Assembly (NCBI GenBank): GCA_036170915.1
Contig: JAVHQC010000015.1
Coordinates: 1-64,000, forward strand
From: Cyanobacteria bacterium auto_48_18
Lineage (GTDB): Bacteria; Cyanobacteriota; Vampirovibrionia; Obscuribacterales; Obscuribacteraceae
DNA length: 64,000 nt
Direction: 5' to 3'
Position 1 is the stretch's first letter. The number at the start of each line of letters is the position of its first letter. The notes below the pieces were generated by a model. It was not told the DNA's origin. It did not search any database and was given only the letters and a program-made list of their open reading frames with translations. The position numbers were made by a program, and so were the translations under genes. Below, in pieces: positions 38,694 through 51,408 of this stretch.

Positions 38694-39242
38694 GTGATAG
38701 AGAAGCCGCTTCTAATTCTTGACCTTGATGAGACTTTGATTCGCGGAGTCAACGAAGCACTTGATCGCGCCCCAGAGATGGTCTTATCTCACTATTTTAT
38801 TTACTATCGACCTCATGTGCGTGAGTTTCTCGCCCACTGCGGCGAGCGTTATACCTTAGGTTTATGGTCGTCTGCCACTAGCAACTACATTGCTCCTATT
38901 GCCAAAGCGTTGTGGAAAGATCTACCGCCTCCTCTATTTGTTTGGGATAGAAGCCGCTGCACTGTGCGTTATGATTTTCACAAAGGCGAGGAATATTTTG
39001 TCAAAGATTTGCGTAAGGTGATGGCTAATGGCGTGGACTTGGCTCGGATGATCATGGTCGACGACGAGTTACGCAAAGTCTCACTGCAAAACGCCAATGC
39101 CCTTTGTGTGCGGCCATTCTTAGGTGACACCGACGATGCTGAACTGCAGCATCTGAGTAAGTACCTTGACTCTATATGTGGTGCGCCAGACTTTCGCAAA
39201 GTAGATAAAACTCACTGGCATCAGTTAAGCGGAATATTTTAA
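38694..39242 (+). CDS. HAD family FCP1/NIF-like phosphatase
   Basis: LDLDETL motif I, RPHVREFL, WSSA, KDL, MVDD. Confidence 0.85.
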   Translation: MIEKPLLILDLDETLIRGVNEALDRAPEMVLSHYFIYYRPHVREFLAHCGERYTLGLWSSATSNYIAPIAKALWKDLPPPLFVWDRSRCTVRYDFHKGEEYFVKDLRKVMANGVDLARMIMVDDELRKVSLQNANALCVRPFLGDTDDAELQHLSKYLDSICGAPDFRKVDKTHWHQLSGIF

Positions 39243-40088
39243 GTGGCAATTTTAGATATTAATGAAGTGCTGGATAGGCATAGTCTCTCTGAGTTTAAAG
39301 AACTTTTTCAGAATCCCGCTTATTCAGTGCGTTTAAAATTTGCCGCGGACAAAACTGAAAATAACCTTTCTCGGGCAGGCGGCAGACCGAGTTTGCCGCC
39401 TGCATTTGATTGGCCTGTGAGCCGCTCGAAGATTCCACTGGCATTCTTGTGTCAAATTGATTTGAGCCAACTCAAGAGCTTTAAAAATTCGTATGAACCA
39501 CTTCCTGCCAGAGGCGTGCTTTCCTTCTTTTATGATGCTTTTGATGGGCCCTGGGGCAATAACATCGAGGATAGTCAGGGCTTTCGTGTATTTTATTTTG
39601 AAGACCCAGCATTATTGAAAAAGACTGATCCACCAGCTAATTTACCGACGACTTCGATTTTTGCACCATGCGCAGTCAGCATGCATGAAGAACTTTCATA
39701 TCCGGCCATTACTGTGGAAATGGCCACCTTGAGCCCGGGCGGCTATGACTATTTTGACGCGTACCTGGCGGCGGCAGAAGAAATTTATGGTGATAGCGTA
39801 ATTCACAGAATGTTTGGCCATGGCCAGGATATAGCCGGCGATTTCAAATTGGATTGTGAAATTGCCAGCACGGGCCTTGAGCTTGATGATGACTTCGATT
39901 TCTCCTCCGCAGAAGGCGATCGATTAGCCCGTGCCTCAGAGCAATGGGTGCTTTTGTTGCAGCTAGACAGCGATGAGCAAGCACAAATGATGTGGGTTGA
40001 TCAAGGCCGACTCTACTTCGCTATTCGCGCCCATGACCTGGCTGCCCGTCGCTTTCACAAAGTATGGATGATCTGTGAAACTCGCTGA
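39243..40088 (+). CDS. YwqG/DUF1963 family protein
   Basis: SRAGGRPSLP, PLAFLCQIDL, GVLSFFY, WVLLLQLDSD, MMWVDQGRLYFAI. Confidence 0.85.
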   Translation: MAILDINEVLDRHSLSEFKELFQNPAYSVRLKFAADKTENNLSRAGGRPSLPPAFDWPVSRSKIPLAFLCQIDLSQLKSFKNSYEPLPARGVLSFFYDAFDGPWGNNIEDSQGFRVFYFEDPALLKKTDPPANLPTTSIFAPCAVSMHEELSYPAITVEMATLSPGGYDYFDAYLAAAEEIYGDSVIHRMFGHGQDIAGDFKLDCEIASTGLELDDDFDFSSAEGDRLARASEQWVLLLQLDSDEQAQMMWVDQGRLYFAIRAHDLAARRFHKVWMICETR

Positions 40089-40188
40089 ACCTGAGCGAGC
40101 ATCTTGGCAGCCCTTGCGCTTGGCTGGTCAAGATAGCTGTTTGACCATGGCTGGGGCAGTGTAGAATCAGACTGTCAGGGAGGACACG

Positions 40189-41506
40189 ATGAGTCTCGGT
40201 TTGTATTTAAAAGGGCAATTTGCCTCAGATAGCTCACGGGCGGCCGAGCCTCCTATTTTCGACCGCAAAAAGCTTGAAGAACTTGAGACCTGGCTGACAA
40301 ACGTTGCTTTTGATGAGCTCGAGTGGAGTCAGTGGACAGACGACGAAGAAGGTAACCCATGCTTGATGGTTCTGCTGCACCCTGGTGCCGAGCCGATTAT
40401 GCTGTCGCCCTGTGAAGATGGCTCGTTACTCGTGGCGGCTGCCACTTCTTCGGCGGGACCTGGATACCACATTTTCGTTTGCGACCTGGTGCGCAAACTG
40501 TCGCAAGTGCACGGCATTGAATGGATAGCCGATGATCAAAACGAATTTGTTGATGAAACAGGCTACTTTGATAGCGGCGACAAAGTCAGGCTCTACAGCG
40601 AGTTTGAGTCATGGATTGGTGCGCTTTCCAAAAGGGTAAAAGAGCTCTCTAAAAATGGTGCTAAATTTCATTTGGCCATGCCATTTGATGGACATCAATT
40701 TGATGTGCCTGAGCCGATTCTGACACAGTTGGGGCCACGCACGCTTGAGTGGCTTGATCTCGTTTCGGCAGAGCCACTCAGCGGCCGCGATATTTTTCCA
40801 TGGTGGGAAGACGGTCATGGTGCGGAGTATCACCTTGGTCGCGCGCTCTGCTATATGTGGAACACAGTGCGCTGGCGCGAACCTCTAACAGAAAAAGAGG
40901 CGGAGCTGCTCGAGCGTATTATGGAGCATCTCGACAGCGCTTACAGTCTTGATCCTGACTTAAAGTACCCATGGAAAGAATGGGCGCAAGTGATTGATTT
41001 TCTCGGTTGCGACTACGAGTACGAAGAGCAAATCGAAACCATGGCCGACAAAGCCTTGAACGCAAAATTAGTGGGCTATCGCCGCCAGGGTGTTCGCAAA
41101 AATCTAGGCGGCGGCTGGTCTGTAGCTGTGCCTGGAAATTTTGTTGAAGAGCTGGAAGAAGGCCAAACATTTTTGGCTTTTGACGAAACCAGAAATGTAA
41201 GGGTTACGTGCATGTCCGCAAGTGACAGCAGCGGCCAAAGTCTGGATGCTTTAGATATTTTGCAGAAGATCAAAGTGATTGACGATCCCCTTAAATATGA
41301 ACACGGGCCAGTGCACGGCCGCGCGTTTTTCGAGAGGGTGTCTGACGAAGAGAGTGCTTTCTGGATGCTGCGCGGAGTATCTGCTGCTCATGGAACTTTT
41401 TCGCAAATTACTATTTGTTTTGAAACAGAATCAGAACAGCTCTGGGCCATCGAAACCTGGAAATCATTAGACCACCGTTCCGCTCAACAAAAACCAGGAC
41501 GCACAC

Positions 41507-41514
<8 letters not shown>
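40189..41514 (+). CDS. Hypothetical acidic protein
   Basis: GGAGG SD; 441 aa; TSSAGPGYH and DETGYF blocks. Confidence 0.7.
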
Positions 41515-44343
<2,829 letters not shown>

Positions 44344-44444
44344 TCATTTCGGTTTCCGTGTACATGTTCCATAAGTTTAGGAGGGGGAGTTTGACCGTCT
44401 CTCGGCACTCCCCTCAATTTCGCTGTTTTGTTTTTCATTTCTAG

Positions 44445-44729
44445 CTATTCCCCAATCCTGGGAACTTTGAAAAATGCGCCTTCTTTCAGCGGCGCGTTTT
44501 CCATGAGCACTTCGCGGCCAAGAGAGCTTATGACAACATCGTCTCTCATTACATTAACCACAGGAATCGGATGTGACATCGGTTCTACACCGGTAGTGTC
44601 AACCTGATTAAGTTCGCCGAAATAATCCATAATGCGGCTGAGCTGCTCGGTAAAGCGCTGGCTTTCGTCTGCAGTCAGGCTTAACCTGGCTAATTTGGCA
44701 ACATGTTGTACGTCTTCTACAGTTATCAT
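44445..44729 (-). CDS. gatC: Asp/Glu-tRNA amidotransferase subunit C
   Basis: VQHVAKLARL, VDTTGVEP, MRDD, FFKVPRI. Confidence 0.95.
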   Translation of the reverse strand: MITVEDVQHVAKLARLSLTADESQRFTEQLSRIMDYFGELNQVDTTGVEPMSHPIPVVNVMRDDVVISSLGREVLMENAPLKEGAFFKVPRIGE

Positions 44730-44798
44730 CTGTTTAGTATGCCAGACACTTGAATAGATCTTCTGGTATTCTCGCAGAAAGAGCCATCGGTGTGAACT

Positions 44799-45830
44799 GT
44801 GATCATAGAGTTAGTTAGTTTAGTTTTGACCCTGGTCTTCATTGTCGCCTCTGCAGAGCTCTTTACAAATGGAATTGAATGGCTCGGTCAGCGTCTTCAA
44901 CTCAGTGAAGGGGTGGTGGGAAGCGTCTTTGCCGCCGTAGGCACGGCCCTCCCTGAGACCCTCATACCGGTAGTCGCCCTGGTCTGCTTCAGCCGCCAGC
45001 ACGGTGTGGAAGTGGGCATCGGCGCCATCGCCGGGGCACCCTTCATGCTCAGCACCCTTACCCTTGGCCTCTGCGGTATCGCCTGTCTGGTATTCACAGC
45101 AACCAAGCGCAGACAACCTGGCATTGAGATAAAAAAGGCAGTTATAGGTCGAGATTTGAAGTTTTTCATCTGCTCGTACACGCTAGCTTTGCTGGCTTCG
45201 TTCCTGCCCGCTCATCCTTTGATTCGCTACTTTGTCGCCGGCGCGCTGGTTTTAATCTATCCCTACTATTTATATATCTGCTTTAAGCATGAGGGGGAAG
45301 TTGGTGAATGCCCCGAGGTCCTTTATCTAGATAGACTGTTTAAAAAAGGGTCGCAGCGACTGCATTTGATCATCACTCAGATTGTGCTGGCTTTGCTTGG
45401 TATTGTGGGCGGTGCCTACATGTTTGTTGGCTGCATTCAGAATCTATCAGACGATTTCAATATTTCGCCACTGGTACTTTCATTGATTGTCACTCCCATC
45501 GCCACTGAGCTGCCTGAAAAAATCAATAGCGTGCTCTGGTTGCGAGGCAATAAAGATACTCTGGCCATCGGCAATGTCACCGGTGCCTTAGTCTTTCAAA
45601 GTTGTTTTCCTGTTGCTTTTGGCGTCGCCTTTACCAGCTGGAATTTAGACCACGGCACCCAGTTGTCTGGAGCCGTAGCCGTTGTCTCAGCGGCTATTTA
45701 TTTGGCTTTTCTTAGTTATGGTCGCTTGAAGCCCGAGCATCTGATGTGCGGTGCCTTAATTTACGCTTGCACCATTGCCACTATTATTCAGTGGGCGCCG
45801 GTTATGCCGCTGCACCACCTCCACCACTAA
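44799..45830 (+). CDS. Sodium:calcium antiporter (CaCA family)
   Basis: Alpha repeats GTALPE and ATELPE; AIGNVTGA; His-rich C-terminus. Confidence 0.88.
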   Translation: MIIELVSLVLTLVFIVASAELFTNGIEWLGQRLQLSEGVVGSVFAAVGTALPETLIPVVALVCFSRQHGVEVGIGAIAGAPFMLSTLTLGLCGIACLVFTATKRRQPGIEIKKAVIGRDLKFFICSYTLALLASFLPAHPLIRYFVAGALVLIYPYYLYICFKHEGEVGECPEVLYLDRLFKKGSQRLHLIITQIVLALLGIVGGAYMFVGCIQNLSDDFNISPLVLSLIVTPIATELPEKINSVLWLRGNKDTLAIGNVTGALVFQSCFPVAFGVAFTSWNLDHGTQLSGAVAVVSAAIYLAFLSYGRLKPEHLMCGALIYACTIATIIQWAPVMPLHHLHH

Positions 45831-45861
45831 GCTGCAAGATGGGCAAGATAAGATGTGAAGC

Positions 45862-46950
45862 TTAGGCCTGGTCTGTGTTTGGGTCAGGCAGAGCGTCTAA
45901 TTTGGTTGAAGTGGTTCTGGCCAGATGCTCATCGTGAGATGGCAAGTTACTCTTGCTGTCAGGGTGAGAACCGTCGGCTGGGTAAAGGAAATCGAGGATT
46001 TCTTTAATCGATGCTGCCACTGGTATGGCAATTAGCATACCAAGAGCGCCCGCCATTACTTCACCACAAAGTACGGCAAAGATAATTGCCAGTGGATGTA
46101 AGTTAATAGCGTGACCAATGAAGCGCGGCACGATTACATAATCTTCGATCAGGCGTGCAATCCAGTAGCCGAGAATAATTTTGATTGCTATGCCCACACC
46201 ATATTGAGATACACCAACTATGGTGGCAATACTGATAGCAAAAAACGGTCCAAGCACTGGAATGATTTCTAAAAAGCCGCTGAGAATTGCAATCAAGAGG
46301 GCATATTTGATATGCAGCCAGAAGTGCAAAATACCGTAGGCAACGCAAGACATTAAAGCAATGAGAAGCAACTGGCCGCGAACATATTTGCTCAACATCA
46401 CATTCATTTGCGATGACAGCTTAATCACCATTTCATGGTTTTTCTTGGGAATAAATCTGAGGCAGAAAAGGCCTACGCGTCTGCTGTCGATGATGAAATA
46501 AATTGACGATACAGTACAGACAAGGACAGCCAGTAAGCTCTTAGAAAGCACACCACCAATGTGCATCAGCTCTTCGGGAGAGCCGATGTTTTGTTCGAGA
46601 CTTCTGGTAATTTCGCCCGCTGTTTTTACGACATCAAGTTGCCAGTTGAAAGTGTCGGACAATTGCTTGACCATGCTGATCACAATTTCGTCACGCTGCG
46701 TGGCCAGTGCCGTAAATTGTTCGATGATTGATTGGCCAAACCAGCTGCTAGTGGCGATGAGCAAGCCGATCATTGAGACATAAATGAGCAGTACCGATAA
46801 ACCGGGCCGGCATCTAAAAGTACTGCTGAACCAATTTACCAGTGGCAACAGAAGGTAGGCAATAATGCCACCAACTATAAAAGGCGGGAAGACTTCTCTA
46901 ATAAAATAGAGAAACCAGAGTAAGAGAAAAACGCCGGTCAGCTTGAGCAT
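45862..46950 (-). CDS. AI-2E family transporter
   Basis: IAYLLLPLV, YVRGQL, IPVLGP, LHPL, GMLIAIPVAA. Confidence 0.9.
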   Translation of the reverse strand: MLKLTGVFLLLWFLYFIREVFPPFIVGGIIAYLLLPLVNWFSSTFRCRPGLSVLLIYVSMIGLLIATSSWFGQSIIEQFTALATQRDEIVISMVKQLSDTFNWQLDVVKTAGEITRSLEQNIGSPEELMHIGGVLSKSLLAVLVCTVSSIYFIIDSRRVGLFCLRFIPKKNHEMVIKLSSQMNVMLSKYVRGQLLLIALMSCVAYGILHFWLHIKYALLIAILSGFLEIIPVLGPFFAISIATIVGVSQYGVGIAIKIILGYWIARLIEDYVIVPRFIGHAINLHPLAIIFAVLCGEVMAGALGMLIAIPVAASIKEILDFLYPADGSHPDSKSNLPSHDEHLARTTSTKLDALPDPNTDQA

Positions 46951-46965
46951 TAATATTCTTCTTTC

Positions 46966-48219
46966 TTAGCCGACTGCAATCGGTTCTTTATTGAGTTCGC
47001 TAAAGTCATGCACTTGAGCACCAACAAGTTTAACCAGTAGCCATGCTGGTCTAAAGCGCTCGCCCTGGGCTTGATGATAGGCCGTGAGTTCTTGCAGGCA
47101 CCAGGCCAGACCTTTTTCTTTAGCCAGGGCCATGAGGCCGATTTTGAACCCGCAACCATTTTGCATAGCAACGTCGATGTCGTCAGCTTCGACGACTTGT
47201 TCTTGCAAACAGTAAATCGACTCGTTGAGCATTGGTAGAATTACACGCAATGCATCAAAGCCATGGGTTTTGGTACCAGATTTAGATGATGGTTGTGCAG
47301 CAGTTTCTTTGTTTGCTTGCGCAATCATTTCTTGCAAAGCTGGATTTATTTTTTTAGCTTCACCCTTAACCGCATTTTTGTCGTGCAAATAGAAACCGGC
47401 ACCCGTTTTTTGCCCCAGCGCACCAGCTGCAACCATTTTGGCCAGCAGTGGTGACGGTGAGAAACGTGGACCATACTGGCTGTACAAGAATTTATTGACA
47501 TGTGCGCATACGTCTATGCCGGTCATGTCGAATAAGGCGAAAGGGCCCATAGGCAGGCCAAACTCAACTACTTTGGCGTCGATTTCTTCTGGTGTTGCCA
47601 AGCCTTCCTGCAAAACATACAGCGCTTCATTCATATAAGTGAAGAGCACGCGGTTAACGAGGAAACCTGGGCATTCCTCAACCTTGACAGGGGTTTTTTG
47701 CATGTCGTGGCAAAGCTCAAGGGCGATTTTTACGGTCTCTTCTGAAGTTTTTACTCCAGGGATAACCTCTACCAGTTTCATAAACTGGGCTGGATTGAAG
47801 AAGTGCATGCCCACAACTTTTTCAGGACGTTTAGTTGCTGCTGCAATTTCAGAAATTGATAAAGCTGAAGTATTAGTGGCAAGAATTGCACGCGCGGGGC
47901 AAATTTCATCAAGAGTCTTGAAAATGTCGAGCTTGACTGAAATTTCTTCGAAAGCCGCTTCAATGACAAGATCGACGTTCTTGAAATCTTCGTAAGAGGT
48001 AGTACCTTTTACAAGAGCAAATAATTTGTCGGCTTCAGGCTGAGCCATGCCTTTTTTTACACGAGAGTCGAACATTTTTTTGATGTTTCCAAGCCCTCTG
48101 TCAACAGCTGCTTGTTCTACATCTTTTAGAAGCACTTCTATGCCGCACTGGCTCAAAACACAGGCAATTCCGCTGCCCATAGCGCCCGCACCGATTACTG
48201 CCGCTCTCTGCACTCTCAT
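46966..48219 (-). CDS. 3-hydroxyacyl-CoA dehydrogenase with duplicated C-terminal domain
   Basis: GAGAMGSG, IEAAFE, ATNTSAL, GMHFFNP, PGFLVNR. Confidence 0.92.
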   Translation of the reverse strand: MRVQRAAVIGAGAMGSGIACVLSQCGIEVLLKDVEQAAVDRGLGNIKKMFDSRVKKGMAQPEADKLFALVKGTTSYEDFKNVDLVIEAAFEEISVKLDIFKTLDEICPARAILATNTSALSISEIAAATKRPEKVVGMHFFNPAQFMKLVEVIPGVKTSEETVKIALELCHDMQKTPVKVEECPGFLVNRVLFTYMNEALYVLQEGLATPEEIDAKVVEFGLPMGPFALFDMTGIDVCAHVNKFLYSQYGPRFSPSPLLAKMVAAGALGQKTGAGFYLHDKNAVKGEAKKINPALQEMIAQANKETAAQPSSKSGTKTHGFDALRVILPMLNESIYCLQEQVVEADDIDVAMQNGCGFKIGLMALAKEKGLAWCLQELTAYHQAQGERFRPAWLLVKLVGAQVHDFSELNKEPIAVG

Positions 48220-48333
48220 ACAAAGTCCTCATGATTATGTCACTGGTTGGCGCTATGCTAGCATCTTTAGGTCACAGCCCCGAAAACCGTCAGCCGGAAT
48301 TTAAGAAATTACAGAAGGACAGAAGGTCAGACT

Positions 48334-49713
48334 ATGTTGACAACGCTCATGAGGAAGACAGATTGTTCGCCGGATGCGGCCACAATCGCCGAGACACCAA
48401 AGCATTTGGGTTGGGTGATGCTTTCAGCGCTAGGCATTGGTGCCACCATCGGTGCTGGCATCTTCGCTATGCCCGGTATTATTGCAGGCAAGGCGGGGCC
48501 AGCTGGAATTCTTTCTTTTCTTCTGACTGGATTCGTCATTATGCTGATTGCATTTTGCTACGAAAAGTTTTCCATTCGTGTACCTCATGGTGTCTCAGCT
48601 TACAGTTATGTTTACCACTCAATTGGCGAATTAGTGGCCTGGATTGTGGCTTTTGGTCTCTTTCTTGAATATAGTTTTGGTGCTTCGGCGGTATCAATTG
48701 CCTGGGGCGAATATTTGAAAAACGCTCTGGGTTTTTCTGTGCCTGCTTTCTGGAGCGGTCCAACAATCGACGCTCAAAATCAATTTCATTTTGGCATCAA
48801 TTTTATTGCCATCGCGGTAATAGCTGTGGTCAGTATTGTTCTTATTTTGGGTGGTGTAAAAAAATCAGCCAAGCTCAATTTTGCTCTTGTAGTGCTGAAA
48901 CTGACACTGCTTGTCACTTTCCTGGCAGTAGGCATTCGGCACGTCAATCCTTCCAACTGGTTTCCCTTTATGCCTTTTGGTTTTGAAGGCGTACTAAAGG
49001 GCGCAGCCACTGCTGTTTTTCCTTTTGTTGGCTTTGATGCTCTCTACACTTTTGCTCGCGAATCGAAGTCGCTTAAAGATACAAAATGGGCGACCTATTC
49101 GTGTGTTGGCATTGTTGCTTTCTTATATGTCACTGTGATGGCGGTGGCAACAGGTTTGGCGCCTTGCTTTATCAACGGTCACCCCAACGAGCTCTTTGTC
49201 GGTTCAGAAGCTGCCGCTCCATTAGCTAAATTGCTAACCGCCGCTGGTGAAGGTTGGACGGCCAAGTTCATCTCGTTTGGAGCGGTGCTCGGTATCTTTA
49301 ATGTACTGCTTGTATTTTGTATGGGTGGCCCGCGCATCTTTCTCAATATGGCCGAAGATGGTCTGCTTCCACCAATCTTTAAGAAGATGAATAACGGTAA
49401 TCCTACCGTTGGTATCATTCTCAACGGTGTAGTGGTGGCAGCCATTGCCGGTTTTGTTCCTTTCGGAAAAATTGCCGATATGATGGTGCTCGGCACACTG
49501 GTGGCATTTATTTTCGTTTGCATCGGGGCGTTAAAGCTTAAGCTGGTTAATCCAATCATTGCCATTGCCGGCGGTGTAGGCTGCGCGATTCTCGCCTGCA
49601 ACCTCGAGAAAGAAGTGTTACAGGTTTATTCAGTCACCCTGCCTGTGGGGCTAATCATCTATTTCTTGTATGGATACAAGAATAGTAAATTGCGGAAGGG
49701 GCAGGGAAAATAG
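48334..49713 (+). CDS. APC family amino acid permease
   Basis: GIGATIGAGIF, AGPA, SAYSY, FVGFD, MAEDGLLP. Confidence 0.9.
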   Translation: MLTTLMRKTDCSPDAATIAETPKHLGWVMLSALGIGATIGAGIFAMPGIIAGKAGPAGILSFLLTGFVIMLIAFCYEKFSIRVPHGVSAYSYVYHSIGELVAWIVAFGLFLEYSFGASAVSIAWGEYLKNALGFSVPAFWSGPTIDAQNQFHFGINFIAIAVIAVVSIVLILGGVKKSAKLNFALVVLKLTLLVTFLAVGIRHVNPSNWFPFMPFGFEGVLKGAATAVFPFVGFDALYTFARESKSLKDTKWATYSCVGIVAFLYVTVMAVATGLAPCFINGHPNELFVGSEAAAPLAKLLTAAGEGWTAKFISFGAVLGIFNVLLVFCMGGPRIFLNMAEDGLLPPIFKKMNNGNPTVGIILNGVVVAAIAGFVPFGKIADMMVLGTLVAFIFVCIGALKLKLVNPIIAIAGGVGCAILACNLEKEVLQVYSVTLPVGLIIYFLYGYKNSKLRKGQGK

Positions 49714-49842
49714 CAGGCTCTTGTGTTGAGTGTTGCGCGCCACTACAAGTGGTGTTGAATTTGCATTAAATGGTCCTGGACGGTAGCGTTACGCCAATCG
49801 GGAACATATAGCGCGTTATCGTAGCACCAGAAATAATGTAAA

Positions 49843-51403
49843 ATGGTCAACAGAGAACCGTGTACAAATAAGTTTCTCTATTTGGTGGTGGACATTTTCC
49901 AGTCTTTCGCCAATACGCAATGGAATCCCGTTCTTCTCAATCTCTTTATAGGCGCCAACCTACTTACCGCGCTGGCCTTCTTGTTTGTGGCAGTTAATCT
50001 CCACAGGCGCAAAGTCGACGAGCGATTAGTTAAGTGGAAGCGCAGCTTGCTCAGCGCAATTATGATTTCTTGCGGTCTCATAGCAATTCTTGAAATCCAC
50101 AACATGGTATCCCGGTCTCTCGCTCACAGCCTGGTTAACTGTAATGAAAGGATTTATTTTTGTTGTCGCAGGGATTTTACTTTCTCGACATTTATTTAAA
50201 ATTGGCTTTCGCCGCAAGACAGATGTGGTCAATGAGATTCAGAATCAGAAAGAGCTGTTTTTGGAGCAGAGAGTGCAAGCTCGTACAGAAAAGCTTGAGG
50301 AGATTCATGCGTTAAGGCTCATCAATGCGGCAAAATTTCGCACTATTTTTGATCAGCAATTCCAACTTACCGGCTTGTTGTCAGCTGACGGAATATTGCT
50401 TGAAGCGAATCAAACAGCTCTGAGTTTTGTCGGCCTGCCCAGGGGGGAGGTAGTTGGTAAGCAATTTTGGCTGACACCATTCTGGACCCAATCTGAAGAG
50501 CAGCATGCTCAACTTAAGGCTGCAATTAAAGATGCGGCTGCTGGTAATTTTGTTCGTTTTGAAACTGAGCATTTTGGCGTTGATGGCCGCATGGACGTAG
50601 ATTTTTCGCTTAAGCCTATCGTTGAAGCAGACGGCACCACTGTTCTCATTGCTGAAGGCCGTGACATAACTGAGCGCAAAAATGCCGAAAAACAGTTAGA
50701 GACACTGGCTCAAGAACTGGCCCGTTCCAACCGCGATCTTCAGCAGTTTGCTCACGCCGCTTCGCATGATCTGCAAGAGCCTTTGCGCACTGTTACGGGC
50801 TTCTGTGCATTGCTGAGCAAAAAATTGGGAAGCGATATTGATTCTGATTCAAAAAAATATTTATCGGTGATTTCCGAAGCCACCGTCCGCATGCAGCAGC
50901 TGATTAAGGCACTCTTACTCTACGCCAGTGTCGGTGCGCAAGACATTGCGTTTGAGAATCTGAACTTAGAAGAGCCATACAAGACTGCTTTGGCTGCACT
51001 GCAAGTATCAATTGACGAATCAGGGGCTGAAATTGTCTGTGATCAGCTGCCGATGGTTCACGGCGATCGGACGCAGTTGACTTTGCTTTTCCAAAATCTA
51101 ATTGGCAACTCAATTAAATTTCGCAGTGCGGCTCCCCCCGAAATTCGAATCAGCGTAAACCAGTTTGCAGACCGGTGGGAACTAATGTTCAGCGACAATG
51201 GTTGCGGGTTTAAAATGGAATATGCTGACCAAATTTTCGTAATTTTTCAGAAGTTGCATTCGCGCGCTAAGTATGAAGGTACTGGAATAGGTCTTGCTAC
51301 TTGTAAGCGAATAATTGAACGACATGGTGGCACAATAAGAGCAGAATCAGAACTCGGTAAGGGGGCTAAATTCATAGTTACCTTCAAAGCAGCAGAGAGC
51401 TAA
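49843..51403 (+). pseudogene. Membrane PAS sensor histidine kinase with an apparent frameshift near 50097
   Basis: TM region is split across ORFs 49843..50199 and 50090..51403; removing one base gives ...ISCGLIAILEITTWYP...; downstream PAS, ASHDLQEPLR, NLIGNSIKF, GTGIGLA. Confidence 0.7.
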
Positions 51404-51408
51404 GAATA

